DNA of 64,000 nt from Candidatus Entotheonellaceae bacterium. GTDB taxonomy: Bacteria; Tectomicrobia; Entotheonellia; Entotheonellales; Entotheonellaceae. This document shows positions 1 through 9,247 of this stretch, piece by piece. Below the pieces are notes generated by a model that ran no database searches, was not told where the DNA came from, and saw nothing but the letters and a program-made list of their open reading frames with translations. The stretch spans positions 1,056,001-1,120,000 of the forward strand of contig OZ250173.1 of assembly GCA_965238075.1 (NCBI GenBank). Reading direction: 5' to 3'. Position numbers and translations under genes: made by a program. Every line of letters starts with the position of its first letter. Position 1 is the stretch's first letter.

Positions 1-142
1 GACAAGTCGGTTGTCCTCGGCTCAAAAGGAACCAGCAGCAGAGATACATCGGCGTCCAATCCGGCCGTCTGCTGTGGCTCCGCCCTCACCGTTTGCGAGT
101 GGCCGCCAAGTTCACTTCCTTGCCTCCCGTGCCGCCGCTGGT

Positions 143-3100
143 ATGTCGATGGCCCTGCGGCGCCATTGCGCGGCGTTCGCCCGTCGCCGTGCAATCACGG
201 GCCTGTTGTTGGCATTTGCGGCCTTCCTGGCCATGCCAATGCCCGCCACACCCCACCAGATTGGCGATTCCGACCATGACCCCGATTGCACCTACGACTA
301 TTGCCACAGCCCGGAATTCTTGGTGCCCGCTCCTACCTTCGAGATACCCGACAACATAGGGGAATACCAGGACATCGGCGCGCTGCCGGTGGCGACGGAC
401 GCGGACCACTCTGATCCCAACATAGATTACACAATGGTCTACACGCTGCGCGACGGGGATGCTCCCGTTGCGGAGGATGATGAGGATAAGCCGGAGTATG
501 CGGATGGGGATGCCGCGGCCTTCACAATGTACAACGACGGCAGCGGGCAGCGTAGGCTCAGGACTGCCATCGACCACTACGAAACGCGCGTGTACAGGTT
601 GAAATTGGTGGCATGCGACGGCAACTTCAGACGCGGGTACATTGACGTGACCATTGTCGTCAATGATGCGGCCGGCGAGCGGCCGCTGGCGCCTGACCGG
701 CCCGAGGTCGAGGGTGCCTCGACCTCCTCGCTCGTGGTGCGTTGGACAGCGCCGGACAACACGGGCCGCGCGCCGATCACCAGCTACGACTTGCAATACC
801 GGGAATCTGGAACCGGCAACTGGAGGAACGGTCCCCAGAACCGGACCGACACGTACGCGGTCATCTCGGGATTGACCGAGAACACGCCGTAACAGGTGCA
901 GGTGCGGGCAACGAACGTGGATGGTGACGGCCCCTGGTCGCCGCCGGGCCCCGGTCGGACCCTGGCTGAGGACAACGCGGCGCCGGGCTTTGGTGCCGGG
1001 ACGGCCACTCGCAGTATCCCCGAGAACACGGGGCCGGACCAGGATGTCGGCGCTGCGTTTACGGCGACGGATGCGGACAAACGACCCGCTGACCTACGCG
1101 CTTGAGGGTCAGGACGCGGCGTCGTTCGACCTCGTAACGGTAGGGAGCAGCGCGCAAATCAGAACCAAAGCCGGGGTGACCTACGACCATGAGGCCAAAT
1201 CCACCTATTTCGTGACGGTGAAGGCGGACGACGGAAAGGGTGGGACAGACGTCATCACCGTGACGATCAACGTCGCGGACGTGAACGAGCCCCCGGACGC
1301 CCCCGCCGCGCCCTCTGTGTCGAGCGAATCAACCACCAGCCTGTCGGTGATCTGGAGCCCGCCCGCCAACAACGCGGGCCGCCCGCCCGTCACCGGTTAT
1401 CGCCTACAGTACCGGGAAGTTGGGACTTCGCCCTGGACCGATCCGCTGAATCAAAGCGGCACGAGGACTACCCTCACAGACTTGAACCCCGACACGCAGT
1501 ACGAGGTACAAGTACTGGCGCGGAATGGCGAGGGGGATAGCCCCTGGTCGGACTCAGGCTTCGGGCGGACCAACGTTGCCGGGAACAACGCGCCGGAATT
1601 CGTCGGCGACATGACCACCCGCAGATTTCGCGAGAACACGCCGCCGGGCCGCAACATCGGTGCGCCGGTAACAGCGTTGGACGCGGACGGCGACACGCTG
1701 ACCTATACGCTCGAGGGCCGGGACGCGGGATCGTTCACCATCGTGGGAACGAGCGGCCAGATCAGGACCCGATCCGGCGTAACCTATGATTACGAGACCA
1801 AGCGTTCCTATGTCGTCACGGTGAAGGCCGATGACCGCAAGGGCGGGACCGATATCATTGCCGTGACCATTTACCTTACTGACGTGGCCGAGAACCGAAT
1901 ACGGTCGGACGATGATGATGACGAGGACCCTACGACAGACGACAAAGGGCCTCCTGCCGTCGACGTCAAGCCGACGTTTCCGAGTCCCTCGGCCATCCGC
2001 AGCTTCCCGGAGAACACGCCGCCGGGCCACAACATCGGTGAACCGGTGACGGCCAAGGTCGTCGTCGGCCCGTTGACCTACGCACTGAGAGGCGCGGACG
2101 CGGCGTCATTCGATATTGACTCTTCGACCGGACAACTCAAGACCAAGGCCGGCGTGACCTACGACTACGAGGTTAAATCCTCCTATGCCGTGACGGTGCG
2201 GGCGACAGGCTCGACCAACATTAGCGCCAATGTTGCGGTGACCATCAACGTCGAAAATGTCGCCGAGAAGCCGTCGGCACCGGACGCACCGACGGTGAGC
2301 GCGCCGGACGGCTCAAGAACGAGCTTGTTGGTAACGTGGACGACGCCGGCCGTGAACGGCGGCCCGCCCATCACGGGCTACGAGGTGGAATACCGCCAGG
2401 GTACAAGCGGGGTCTGGGTGCCGTGGCCGCATGGCGGCACTGATACCACCACCACGATCGCGGAGCTTAGCGCAGGCAACGATTATCAGGTTCGGATACG
2501 GGCGAGGAATGCCGACGGCTTTAGTGAGTGGTCGCCGCCGGGCAGCGGACGCACGAACGCCGACACGATGAACGGCTGGCTGGCCCGGTTCGGGCGCAGC
2601 ATCGCGCAGCAGATGATGGAAGGCGTGGGGGACCGCCTGGCGTCGCCGTGCCGGACGGGGCTGCAGGGCGCGCTGGCCGGGCATGGCTTCGGGAACGGGG
2701 GAACCGGCAGCGCGGGGGGTGCGTTGTCGCCCTGGGCCGTCGGCGACCCGGAAGCGGAACGGCTGCTCGACTCGCGGCTCCTGGTGCAACGCCACCCTGT
2801 TTCAGGAACGGGGTCAGCTCTGTTGGCGGGAACCGTTTTTGAGTTGGGCAGCGAGACGGCCGGCAACGGTGTTACCTGTGTCTGGGGCCGCGGCGGGCAT
2901 TCCGGCTTCAGCGGACGTGACGGCTCGCTCTTCCTCGACGGCGACTTGACCACGGGGACGCTTGGCGCCGACTACGCGAAGGATCTCTGGACCGTGGGAT
3001 TGGCGCTTTCGCACAGCCGAGGTGAGGGAAGCTATGCCAGCAAGGACAGCGTGGAGGCGTCGCTGACGGGTGTTTTCCCCTACGCCGGCTACCGGGTCAC

Positions 3101-3980
3101 GGAGCGGTTTTCGGTCTGGGGCCTCGGAGGGTTCGGGCGCGGCGGGTTGACGGTGAGGCCGGAGAACGGGAGTTCGCTGGAGACCGGCCTTGGCCTCGCC
3201 ATGGTTGCAGTAGGGGCGAGGGGCGCCTTCGTAACCGCGGCTGAGACGGGCGGGATTGACGTTACGCTGGAGACGGACGGGTTCTGGGTGCGCACGGACT
3301 CGGCCGCAGCGACCGGTCTGTTGGCGGCGAAAGGGGACGCCAGCCGCCTGCGGCTCGGGCTGGAAAGTTCCTACACGGCAACGTTGAGGAATGGCGGGAC
3401 GCTGACGCCGAGGTTCAGGATCGGGTGGCGTTATGACGGGGGCGGCGCGGAGACCGGCCTGGGTGTGGATATTGGTGGCGGGCTCCTCTGGTCGGCTCCG
3501 GTGCGGGGCATATCTGCGGAGATCGAGGTGCGTCGCGTGTTGATGCATGAAGCCACCGGGTTCAACGATTGGAGCCTCTCGGGGTTGGTGCGCTATGACC
3601 CGAATCCGTCCTCGGAGCGCGGTGCGCTGCTTGCGCTCAGGTCGTCCATTGGCACGCCGTCACTGGCCGGTTCAGGGGGGTTGCTCGAGCGCGACAACCT
3701 GTTGGGCTTGGCAACGAGCGACACGGCGCAGGGCAGGCAGCTTACCGCGAAAGCCGCCTACGGATTCCCCATTCTGGGGGGTCGGTTCACGGGCGCGCCT
3801 TGGGTTGGAGCCGGGGTGTTGGAGAGCGGGCGCGACTATCGGGTGGGTTACCGGATCAGTCGTACAGGGCTGTCCGGTTCGGGCATGCAGGTCGGCATCG
3901 AGGGCCTGCGGCGGGAGAACGACGGCAGCGATGCAGAAGCCGAGCACGCCATCGGGCTGCGGCTTGGGCTGGGCTGGTAG
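143..3980 (+). pseudogene. Large surface adhesin (signal peptide, alternating cadherin-like and fibronectin type III domains, C-terminal autotransporter-like beta-barrel), interrupted
   Basis: FN3 motifs (SLxVxWxxP..GxPPITGY..Y..YxVQVRAxN..G..PWS), cadherin-like motifs (PENTxPG.NIG.PV.A.DAD.D.LTY.L.G.DA.SF, YDYE.K..Y.V.V.A), barrel ending in W. In-frame TAA at 890-892 where Tyr is expected (TP*QVQV) and +1 frameshift in AAAA at 1078-1081 join ORFs 11..892, 896..1105 and 921..3980. Confidence 0.85.
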
Positions 3981-4165
3981 CCGCGTCAGGCCTCGTCATG
4001 CCGTGGAGGACTGATGGCCTTGTTCGGGGTAGGGCCAGGGAGGACGTAGGGGCCTTCACGTCGAGCCGGGGCGTCACCCGCGTCGACGCGGCGCAGCGGG
4101 AATATAACTGCGGTTTGTTAAGGCAGTTTTGAGTGGCGATTTGTGGATTGTGTAATTATGCAGGT

Positions 4166-4653
4166 CTACTCCCGCCCGATCGTTCCCTTCCACACCGGTC
4201 CGCTGCTGCCCCAGTCCTCCGGATATAGCCCTGCCTTGACGTAACGCCGAAAACTGGAGTACGGCCACTGCAACGGGCGCGAGACATAACCGTGCTTCAC
4301 CGGGTTGTAATGGATGTACTCGACGTGCTGGCGGTAGTCGGTATCGTCGCGGACCAGGTGTTCCCAATAGCGCGGCTGCCAAAGGGGGCGATCGGCGCCG
4401 TGCCGTTGCGTGACCCACGTTTTGATCAGCCGCCACCGGGCCGGGTAATCGACGTCGTCCGGCGGCAGGGTCCAAAGGCAGTGCAGGTGGTCAGGGAGCA
4501 CGACCATGGCGTTGACGGTGAAGGGCCGTTGTTGGGCAACCTGCCGGAACGCCTGGCGGAGGAGGTCGCAGGCCGCGGCGTCGCCGAACAGCGGGCGGTG
4601 ACGACGGTGAAGAAGTGGGTGGCGCCGGGGACGAAAGCGCGGCGGCATTGCAT
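4166..4653 (-). pseudogene. REP-associated tyrosine transposase (RAYT, Y1 HUH family), frameshifted near the N-terminus
   Basis: MQCRRAFVPGATHFFTVVT in one frame, then PLF...VVLPDHLHCLW...WQPRYWEH...YIHYNPVKHG...WPYSSF in another; shift near 4595; flanked by REPs. Confidence 0.85.
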
Positions 4654-4680
4654 GGCAAGGCTCGGTAGGTGGGTGGATAT

Positions 4681-4784
4681 GTAGGTCGGATTAGCCGCGA
4701 CAGTGGCGTAATCCGACTTCCTCAGCGAAAACGCCCCAAAATACAAAGCGGAATCGTCGGATTACGCTGCGCTAATCCGACTAC
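4681..4784. repeat. REP doublet (REPIN-like) A: two inverted GTAG-type REPs
   Basis: GTAG-GTCGGATTA-GCC..GGC-GTAATCCGAC (4681-4717) and inverted GTCGGATTA..TAATCCGA-CTAC (4756-4784). Confidence 0.85.
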
Positions 4785-4796
4785 ATTTAACTTGAC

Positions 4797-4847
4797 TTGA
4801 CAAGGTGCGGGAACCTCTGGTAGAAGTAGGTCATACTTACAGTATGA
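4797..4847 (+). promoter_or_regulatory. Sigma70-like promoter and palindromic operator upstream of the NPC peptide gene
   Basis: TTGACA (4797-4802), 18 nt, TAGAAG; perfect inverted repeat TCATACT-tac-AGTATGA (4831-4847); SD AGGAGG at 4861-4866. Confidence 0.6.
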
Positions 4848-4873
4848 AACGTTAACACGCAGGAGGTAAACCC

Positions 4874-5038
4874 ATGCGCAAGCCTATCGTTGTCTTCTTG
4901 ACCTTGGCGATGTTCCTTGTCGGTTCCTCTGTGGCGTTTGGTGCCAGCCATGAGGAAGGCGAGGCGAATCCGTGCAATCCCTGCAACCCGTGCAATCCCT
5001 GCAACCCGTGCAATCCCGACGGCGGTGACAGCAACTAG
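4874..5038 (+). CDS. 54-aa secreted Cys-rich peptide with (Asn-Pro-Cys)x5 repeat
   Basis: MRKPIVVFLTLAMFLVGSSVAFGA-SHEEGEA-NPCNPCNPCNPCNPC-NPDGGDSN; strong SD, signal peptide, synonymous variation across repeats, downstream terminator. Below the ORF-track size cutoff. Confidence 0.85.
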   Translation: MRKPIVVFLTLAMFLVGSSVAFGASHEEGEANPCNPCNPCNPCNPCNPDGGDSN

Positions 5039-5066
5039 TTAGTCGTCAATTCGTCGCCGTAGCAGG

Positions 5067-5104
5067 AAAGGCGTGTGGGGAACTTCTCCCGCACGTCTTT
5101 TTTT
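5067..5104 (+). terminator. Intrinsic terminator after the NPC peptide gene
   Basis: GGCGTGTGGG/CCCGCACGTC stem followed by a T run. Confidence 0.75.
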
Positions 5105-5150
5105 GCTTTGGAGTAATCCCGGGTCGGATGGATTGATGTGTGGACTCGTG

Positions 5151-5293
5151 GTTTCAAGTAGGTCGGATTAGCCGCCAAGCGGCGTTTCAAGTAGGTCGGA
5201 TTAGCCGCCAAGCGGCGTAACGACTTCCTCAGCGTAACCGCCCCCAGAACCCAAAGCGGAATCGTCGGATTATGCTGCGCTAATCCGACCTAC
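5151..5293. repeat. REP doublet B, direct repeat of doublet A, with a 33-bp tandem duplication at its left end
   Basis: GTTTCAAGTAGGTCGGATTAGCCGCCAAGCGGC twice (5151-5216), similar spacer TTCCTCAGCG..AAAGCGGAATC, inverted REP ending GACCTAC at 5293. Confidence 0.85.
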
Positions 5294-5340
5294 ATGTTGA
5301 TGAGGAAACGATTTGGATTCAGGCAGACCGCTTCGGCACA

Positions 5341-5380
5341 AAAAAACCGGCACCCCCTGTTCAGGGAGTGCCGGTTTTTT
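5341..5380. terminator. Bidirectional intrinsic terminator downstream of tRNA-fMet
   Basis: AAAAAACCGGCAC...GTGCCGGTTTTTT. Confidence 0.8.
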
Positions 5381-5382
5381 GA

Positions 5383-5456
5383 TAGCGGGGGCTGGATTTG
5401 AACCAGCGACCTTTGGGTTATGAGCCCAACGAGCTGCCTGACTGCTCCACCCCGCA
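5383..5456 (-). tRNA. tRNA-fMet (CAT), initiator; CCA not encoded
   Basis: TGCGGGGTGGAGCAGTCAGGCAGCTCGTTGGGCTCATAACCCAAAGGTCGCTGGTTCAAATCCAGCCCCCGCTA; three G-C pairs in anticodon stem, 1:72 mismatch. Confidence 0.95.
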
Positions 5457-5469
5457 CTGGATGCCGGGA

Positions 5470-5498
5470 AGCATATCGCCTGCCGATGGCACTGTCAA
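5470..5498 (-). promoter_or_regulatory. Sigma70 promoter of tRNA-fMet
   Basis: TTGACA-17 nt-TATGCT on the minus strand. Confidence 0.7.
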
Positions 5499-5580
5499 GG
5501 TTTGAAGAAGAGGGACGCGGCCCCCCGTTTGCCATGACCGGTTCAATCCCCCCTCCCCGCTCACAGCCCCGCGCAACCCC

Positions 5581-6636
5581 CTACAACTGCAGCGCGATGG
5601 AAAAATCCGGGATGCCTTCCCAGCGCCCGGGGTCGGAGGCGCGCATGACGGCGAGGGTTTTGATGACCTCGGGGTTGGCCAGGCCGTGGGGGCGCTTGCC
5701 GGTGAGGACGTTGATGACGTTCTCGGCCTGCTTGCGCGGGCATTCGTCGAGAAAGGTGGGGGAGAAACCGGCGAGGTGGGGCGTGATGACAAGGTTGGGA
5801 ACCTTGAGCAGCGGGTTGTCGTGCTCGATGGGCTCGATCTCGGTGACGTCGATGGCGGCGGATTCGATCTGGCCTTCCTGCAGGGCGGTGAGCAGGGCCT
5901 TCTGGTCGATCAGCGGCCCGCGCGAGCAGTTCACCAGAATGGCGGTGGGCTTCATCTGCGCGAAGAGGTCGGCGTTGAACAGGTGGACGTTCTGGCTCGT
6001 GGCCGAGCTGTGGATGGAGATGTAATCCGAGGTGCGCGCCAGTTCTTCGAGGCTGACGAGCCGCACGCCGTACAGGTCGGCGGACGACTGCGGCACGAAC
6101 GGGTCGCAGGCGATGATCTGCGCCGGGCCGAAGCCGCGAATACGCATGGCGAAGGCGCGCCCGATGTTGCCGAAGCCGACGATGCCGACGGTGTGGCCGC
6201 CGATACGGCGCACGGACTGCTGGAATTCGCTGATCAGCGGCGGGTTATCGCTCCACTGCCCTTGCCGCGTGGCGGTGATGGTTTCGTAGAGCCGGCGCGT
6301 CATGGCCAGCAGCATGGCAACGGCGTGATCAGCCACCTCGGCGGTGTTGACGCCGGGAACGTTGCAGGCGAGGACGCCCAGTTCGGTGGCCGCAGCCAAG
6401 TCGATGGAATCCACGCCGACGCCCATGCGCGACACGACCTTGAGCTTGGTGCAGGTTTCCATCACCTCGCGGCTGGTGTCCGGACGGGTGTTGACCAGGG
6501 CGCCATCGGCGTCGCGCAGCAGGTCGATCATATCTTCGGTGGTGCGCGCGGTGCCTTCAACGGTCTCGATGCCCGCTTTTTCGAACAGGTCAAAGCGGTT
6601 GTACTTGTTGGTCATCAGAGCGACTTTCAGGGGCAT
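5581..6636 (-). CDS. D-2-hydroxyacid dehydrogenase family (CtBP/PGDH-like)
   Basis: RMGVGVDSID, GIVGFGNIG, NCSRGPLID, DV..EP, TPHLAG motifs. Confidence 0.9.
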   Translation of the reverse strand: MPLKVALMTNKYNRFDLFEKAGIETVEGTARTTEDMIDLLRDADGALVNTRPDTSREVMETCTKLKVVSRMGVGVDSIDLAAATELGVLACNVPGVNTAEVADHAVAMLLAMTRRLYETITATRQGQWSDNPPLISEFQQSVRRIGGHTVGIVGFGNIGRAFAMRIRGFGPAQIIACDPFVPQSSADLYGVRLVSLEELARTSDYISIHSSATSQNVHLFNADLFAQMKPTAILVNCSRGPLIDQKALLTALQEGQIESAAIDVTEIEPIEHDNPLLKVPNLVITPHLAGFSPTFLDECPRKQAENVINVLTGKRPHGLANPEVIKTLAVMRASDPGRWEGIPDFSIALQL

Positions 6637-6684
6637 TGTGGTACTCCATGCGTGTGGGGTAATTCAGAACGGTGGCGGTGTTGA

Positions 6685-7095
6685 TTACGCAGACTGGATG
6701 AACTCGACCCAATTGCCGTCGGGGTCCTCGACCATGGCGATGACGACGCCGGGACGCACCTCTCTGCGCGGCCAGACGACCTTATGCCCCGCGGCGGTGA
6801 CGGCGTCCAGCACCGCGTCGAGGTTGCTGATGGTCATCGTCCAGTAGCGGTAACCGGTGCCGCCGGGGATACCGCCGGGCGCTGCGGGCCTGTTGGGGTC
6901 CTTGACCGGCACGACGATCTTGATCAGGCTGTTGCCGAACCACAGCCGGTGCATGGTATGGATGCCGACGTGCTCCATGTGGATGTCGCCCTCGTGCCGA
7001 AAGCCGAGCACGTCCCGGTAAAACGTCAGCATGGCATCGCCGTTGGTGGTGACGATGCCCAGGTCGATTGCGTCTTTCACGACGTTGACGCCCAT
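6685..7095 (-). CDS. VOC/glyoxalase family protein
   Basis: FYRDVLGF...EDPDGNWVEF pattern. Confidence 0.85.
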   Translation of the reverse strand: MGVNVVKDAIDLGIVTTNGDAMLTFYRDVLGFRHEGDIHMEHVGIHTMHRLWFGNSLIKIVVPVKDPNRPAAPGGIPGGTGYRYWTMTISNLDAVLDAVTAAGHKVVWPRREVRPGVVIAMVEDPDGNWVEFIQSA

Positions 7096-7234
7096 GAACG
7101 CTTCTCCTTATGGTGGGGAATTGATTGGCTGCAACGGCACACTAAATCACATTTTGGCGGTGGCGTCCACAGCGGCGCGGCGCGGCGCTCGGGGTCGTGC
7201 CGCACGTTCGGATTTTCTCCTCGCGCCAACCTTT

Positions 7235-7357
7235 CCCCCTCTCCTTAGCCCTCCCCCGCCGCGGGGGAGGGGATCAGAGGCAAAGAAATTTACGCCCTCG
7301 ACGTTCCCGAAGGTTTTCCCCCTCTCCCCTGGCGGGAGAGGGTCGGGGTGAGGGGGA
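7235..7357. repeat. C/G-rich palindromic repeat doublet (CCCTCTCCC/GGGAGAGGG-type REP-like)
   Basis: Two inverted hairpins; related copy in opposite orientation at 27595-27707. Confidence 0.7.
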
Positions 7358-7438
7358 AAGCGGCGGTGGAGACGCCAGGCCCGCTGTGCTATCGTAGCTG
7401 AATCATCCCACCTCCCACCCGTACCATAAGGGGACACC

Positions 7439-9145
7439 ATGCAATACGATCTCATCATTCGCAACGGCACCGTCGTCGATGGTTCCGGCATGCCGCGCTA
7501 CCGCGCCGACGTGGGCATCGTGCACGGCCGGATCGCCGCCATCGGCAGGCTCAACGCCGCCGCCAAGGAAACGCTCGACGCCGAGGGGCACGTGGTGGCG
7601 CCCGGCTTTATTGACGGCCATACCCACATGGACGCCCAGGTCAATTGGGACCCGCTCGGCACCTGCTCCTGCTGGCACGGCGTTACCAGCGTGGTGATGG
7701 GCAACTGCGGCTTCTCCCTCGCCCCCTGCGCCGAGGCGCACAACGACTTGGTGATGCGCAACCTCGAACGCGCCGAGGACATCTCGCCGCAAGCCATGGC
7801 CGCGGGCATCAAGTGGACGTGGGAGACCTTCCCGGAATACCTCGACACCGTGGACCGGCTGCCCAAGGGCATCAACTACGCGGCCTACGTCGGCCACTCG
7901 GCCCTGCGCACCTACGTCATGGGCGAACGGGCCTTCGACGAGGCGGCGACCCCTGAGGACATCGACCACATGCAGCGCCACGTGCGCGACGCCATCCGCG
8001 CCGGCGCCATGGGCTTCACCACCTCCCGCAGCCAGTCGCACCGCACCCCCAACGGGCAACCGGTGGCCAGCCGGCTGGCGGCCTGGGATGAGGTCCGGCA
8101 TCTCGTCGGCGCCATGGGCGAGATGGGCGCCGGGGTGTTTGAGATCGCCAACGAGAACCCCAAGACGCCCGAGGACCTGCAGGATTACCTGTCGCGCCTG
8201 CGCGACCTCGCCGTCGATACCGGCGTGCCCATCACCTACGGCCAGTTCAGCCGCCGCAACGGGCCGGAAACCTGGCGCTCCTTCCTGGCCACGGCCGACG
8301 AGACCGCCGCGGCCGGCGGCAGGATGTTCATCCAGGTGCACAGCCGGGCGCTCAACCTGGTGCTGTCGTTCGAGACCCACATGCCTTACGACAACCTGCC
8401 GGTGTGGCGCGACGTGCGCCAACTCTCCCTCAGCGAGCAGCAAGCCGAGCTGCGCGATCCCGACCTGCGCCGCAAGCTCGTCGCGGCGGCCCATGGGCAG
8501 GCGGATGACGGCGGCCGCGGCGTTGGCCCCGAGGCGCGCTCGGCGAATTACGACTACCTGTTCGTCATGAACGGCGGCCTGACGCCGCATCGCTCCGTAG
8601 CCGAGGTGGCGCGGGAGCGTAACCAGGATCCGGTGGGCGTGGTGATCGATCTGGCGCTGGAGAAGGACATGAAGCAGTGCTTTCTGCAACCCATCGCCAA
8701 CGAGAACGAGGAGCACGCGCTGGAGTTGATCCGGCACCCGCGCACCGTGGTCACCTTTTCGGATTCCGGCGCCCATGTGTCGCAGATCATGGACGCCTCG
8801 CTGCAGACCCACCTGCTGGGCTATTGGGTGCGGGAGCGCCAGGAATTGACGCTTGAGGACGCGGTGCGGCAACTGACGTTGGTGCCCGCTTCATACTGGG
8901 GCATGCACGATCGCGGCCTGCTGCGCGCGGGTGGCGCGGCGGACGTGGTGGTATTCGATCCCGAAACGATCGCGCCGATGCTGCCGGAGGTGGTGCACGA
9001 CCTGCCTGCCGGGGCGCGGCGGCTGAAACAGAAATCGGTCGGCATCAAGGCGACCGTGGTGAACGGCGAGGTGCTGATGCGCGACAACGAGCACACCGGC
9101 GCCCTGCCCGGTCAGTTGATCCGCGGCGCGCTGGCGCGAGGGTAA
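7439..9145 (+). CDS. N-acyl-D-amino-acid deacylase family amidohydrolase
   Basis: DLIIRNGTVVDGSG, PGFIDGHTHMD, GNCGF, SDSGAH, ADVVVFDP. Confidence 0.9.
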   Translation: MQYDLIIRNGTVVDGSGMPRYRADVGIVHGRIAAIGRLNAAAKETLDAEGHVVAPGFIDGHTHMDAQVNWDPLGTCSCWHGVTSVVMGNCGFSLAPCAEAHNDLVMRNLERAEDISPQAMAAGIKWTWETFPEYLDTVDRLPKGINYAAYVGHSALRTYVMGERAFDEAATPEDIDHMQRHVRDAIRAGAMGFTTSRSQSHRTPNGQPVASRLAAWDEVRHLVGAMGEMGAGVFEIANENPKTPEDLQDYLSRLRDLAVDTGVPITYGQFSRRNGPETWRSFLATADETAAAGGRMFIQVHSRALNLVLSFETHMPYDNLPVWRDVRQLSLSEQQAELRDPDLRRKLVAAAHGQADDGGRGVGPEARSANYDYLFVMNGGLTPHRSVAEVARERNQDPVGVVIDLALEKDMKQCFLQPIANENEEHALELIRHPRTVVTFSDSGAHVSQIMDASLQTHLLGYWVRERQELTLEDAVRQLTLVPASYWGMHDRGLLRAGGAADVVVFDPETIAPMLPEVVHDLPAGARRLKQKSVGIKATVVNGEVLMRDNEHTGALPGQLIRGALARG

Positions 9146-9247
9146 TCCCGCCGGCGCCCGGTGCCGCTTGCGGGCAGGTTTCCGATCAAGTGGAATGTGT
9201 GTGAGGTCGCTGTATTTGGCAGACCCGTTCCTGAACAGGGGGGCGTG

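Noticed and set aside
890-892. Stop-codon recoding in the adhesin
   Set aside because: Codon is TAA at a Tyr position with a second lesion nearby; not Sec or Pyl.
4681-5293. CRISPR array
   Set aside because: Repeats are inverted GTAG palindromes with related spacers, typical of REPs; no cas genes.
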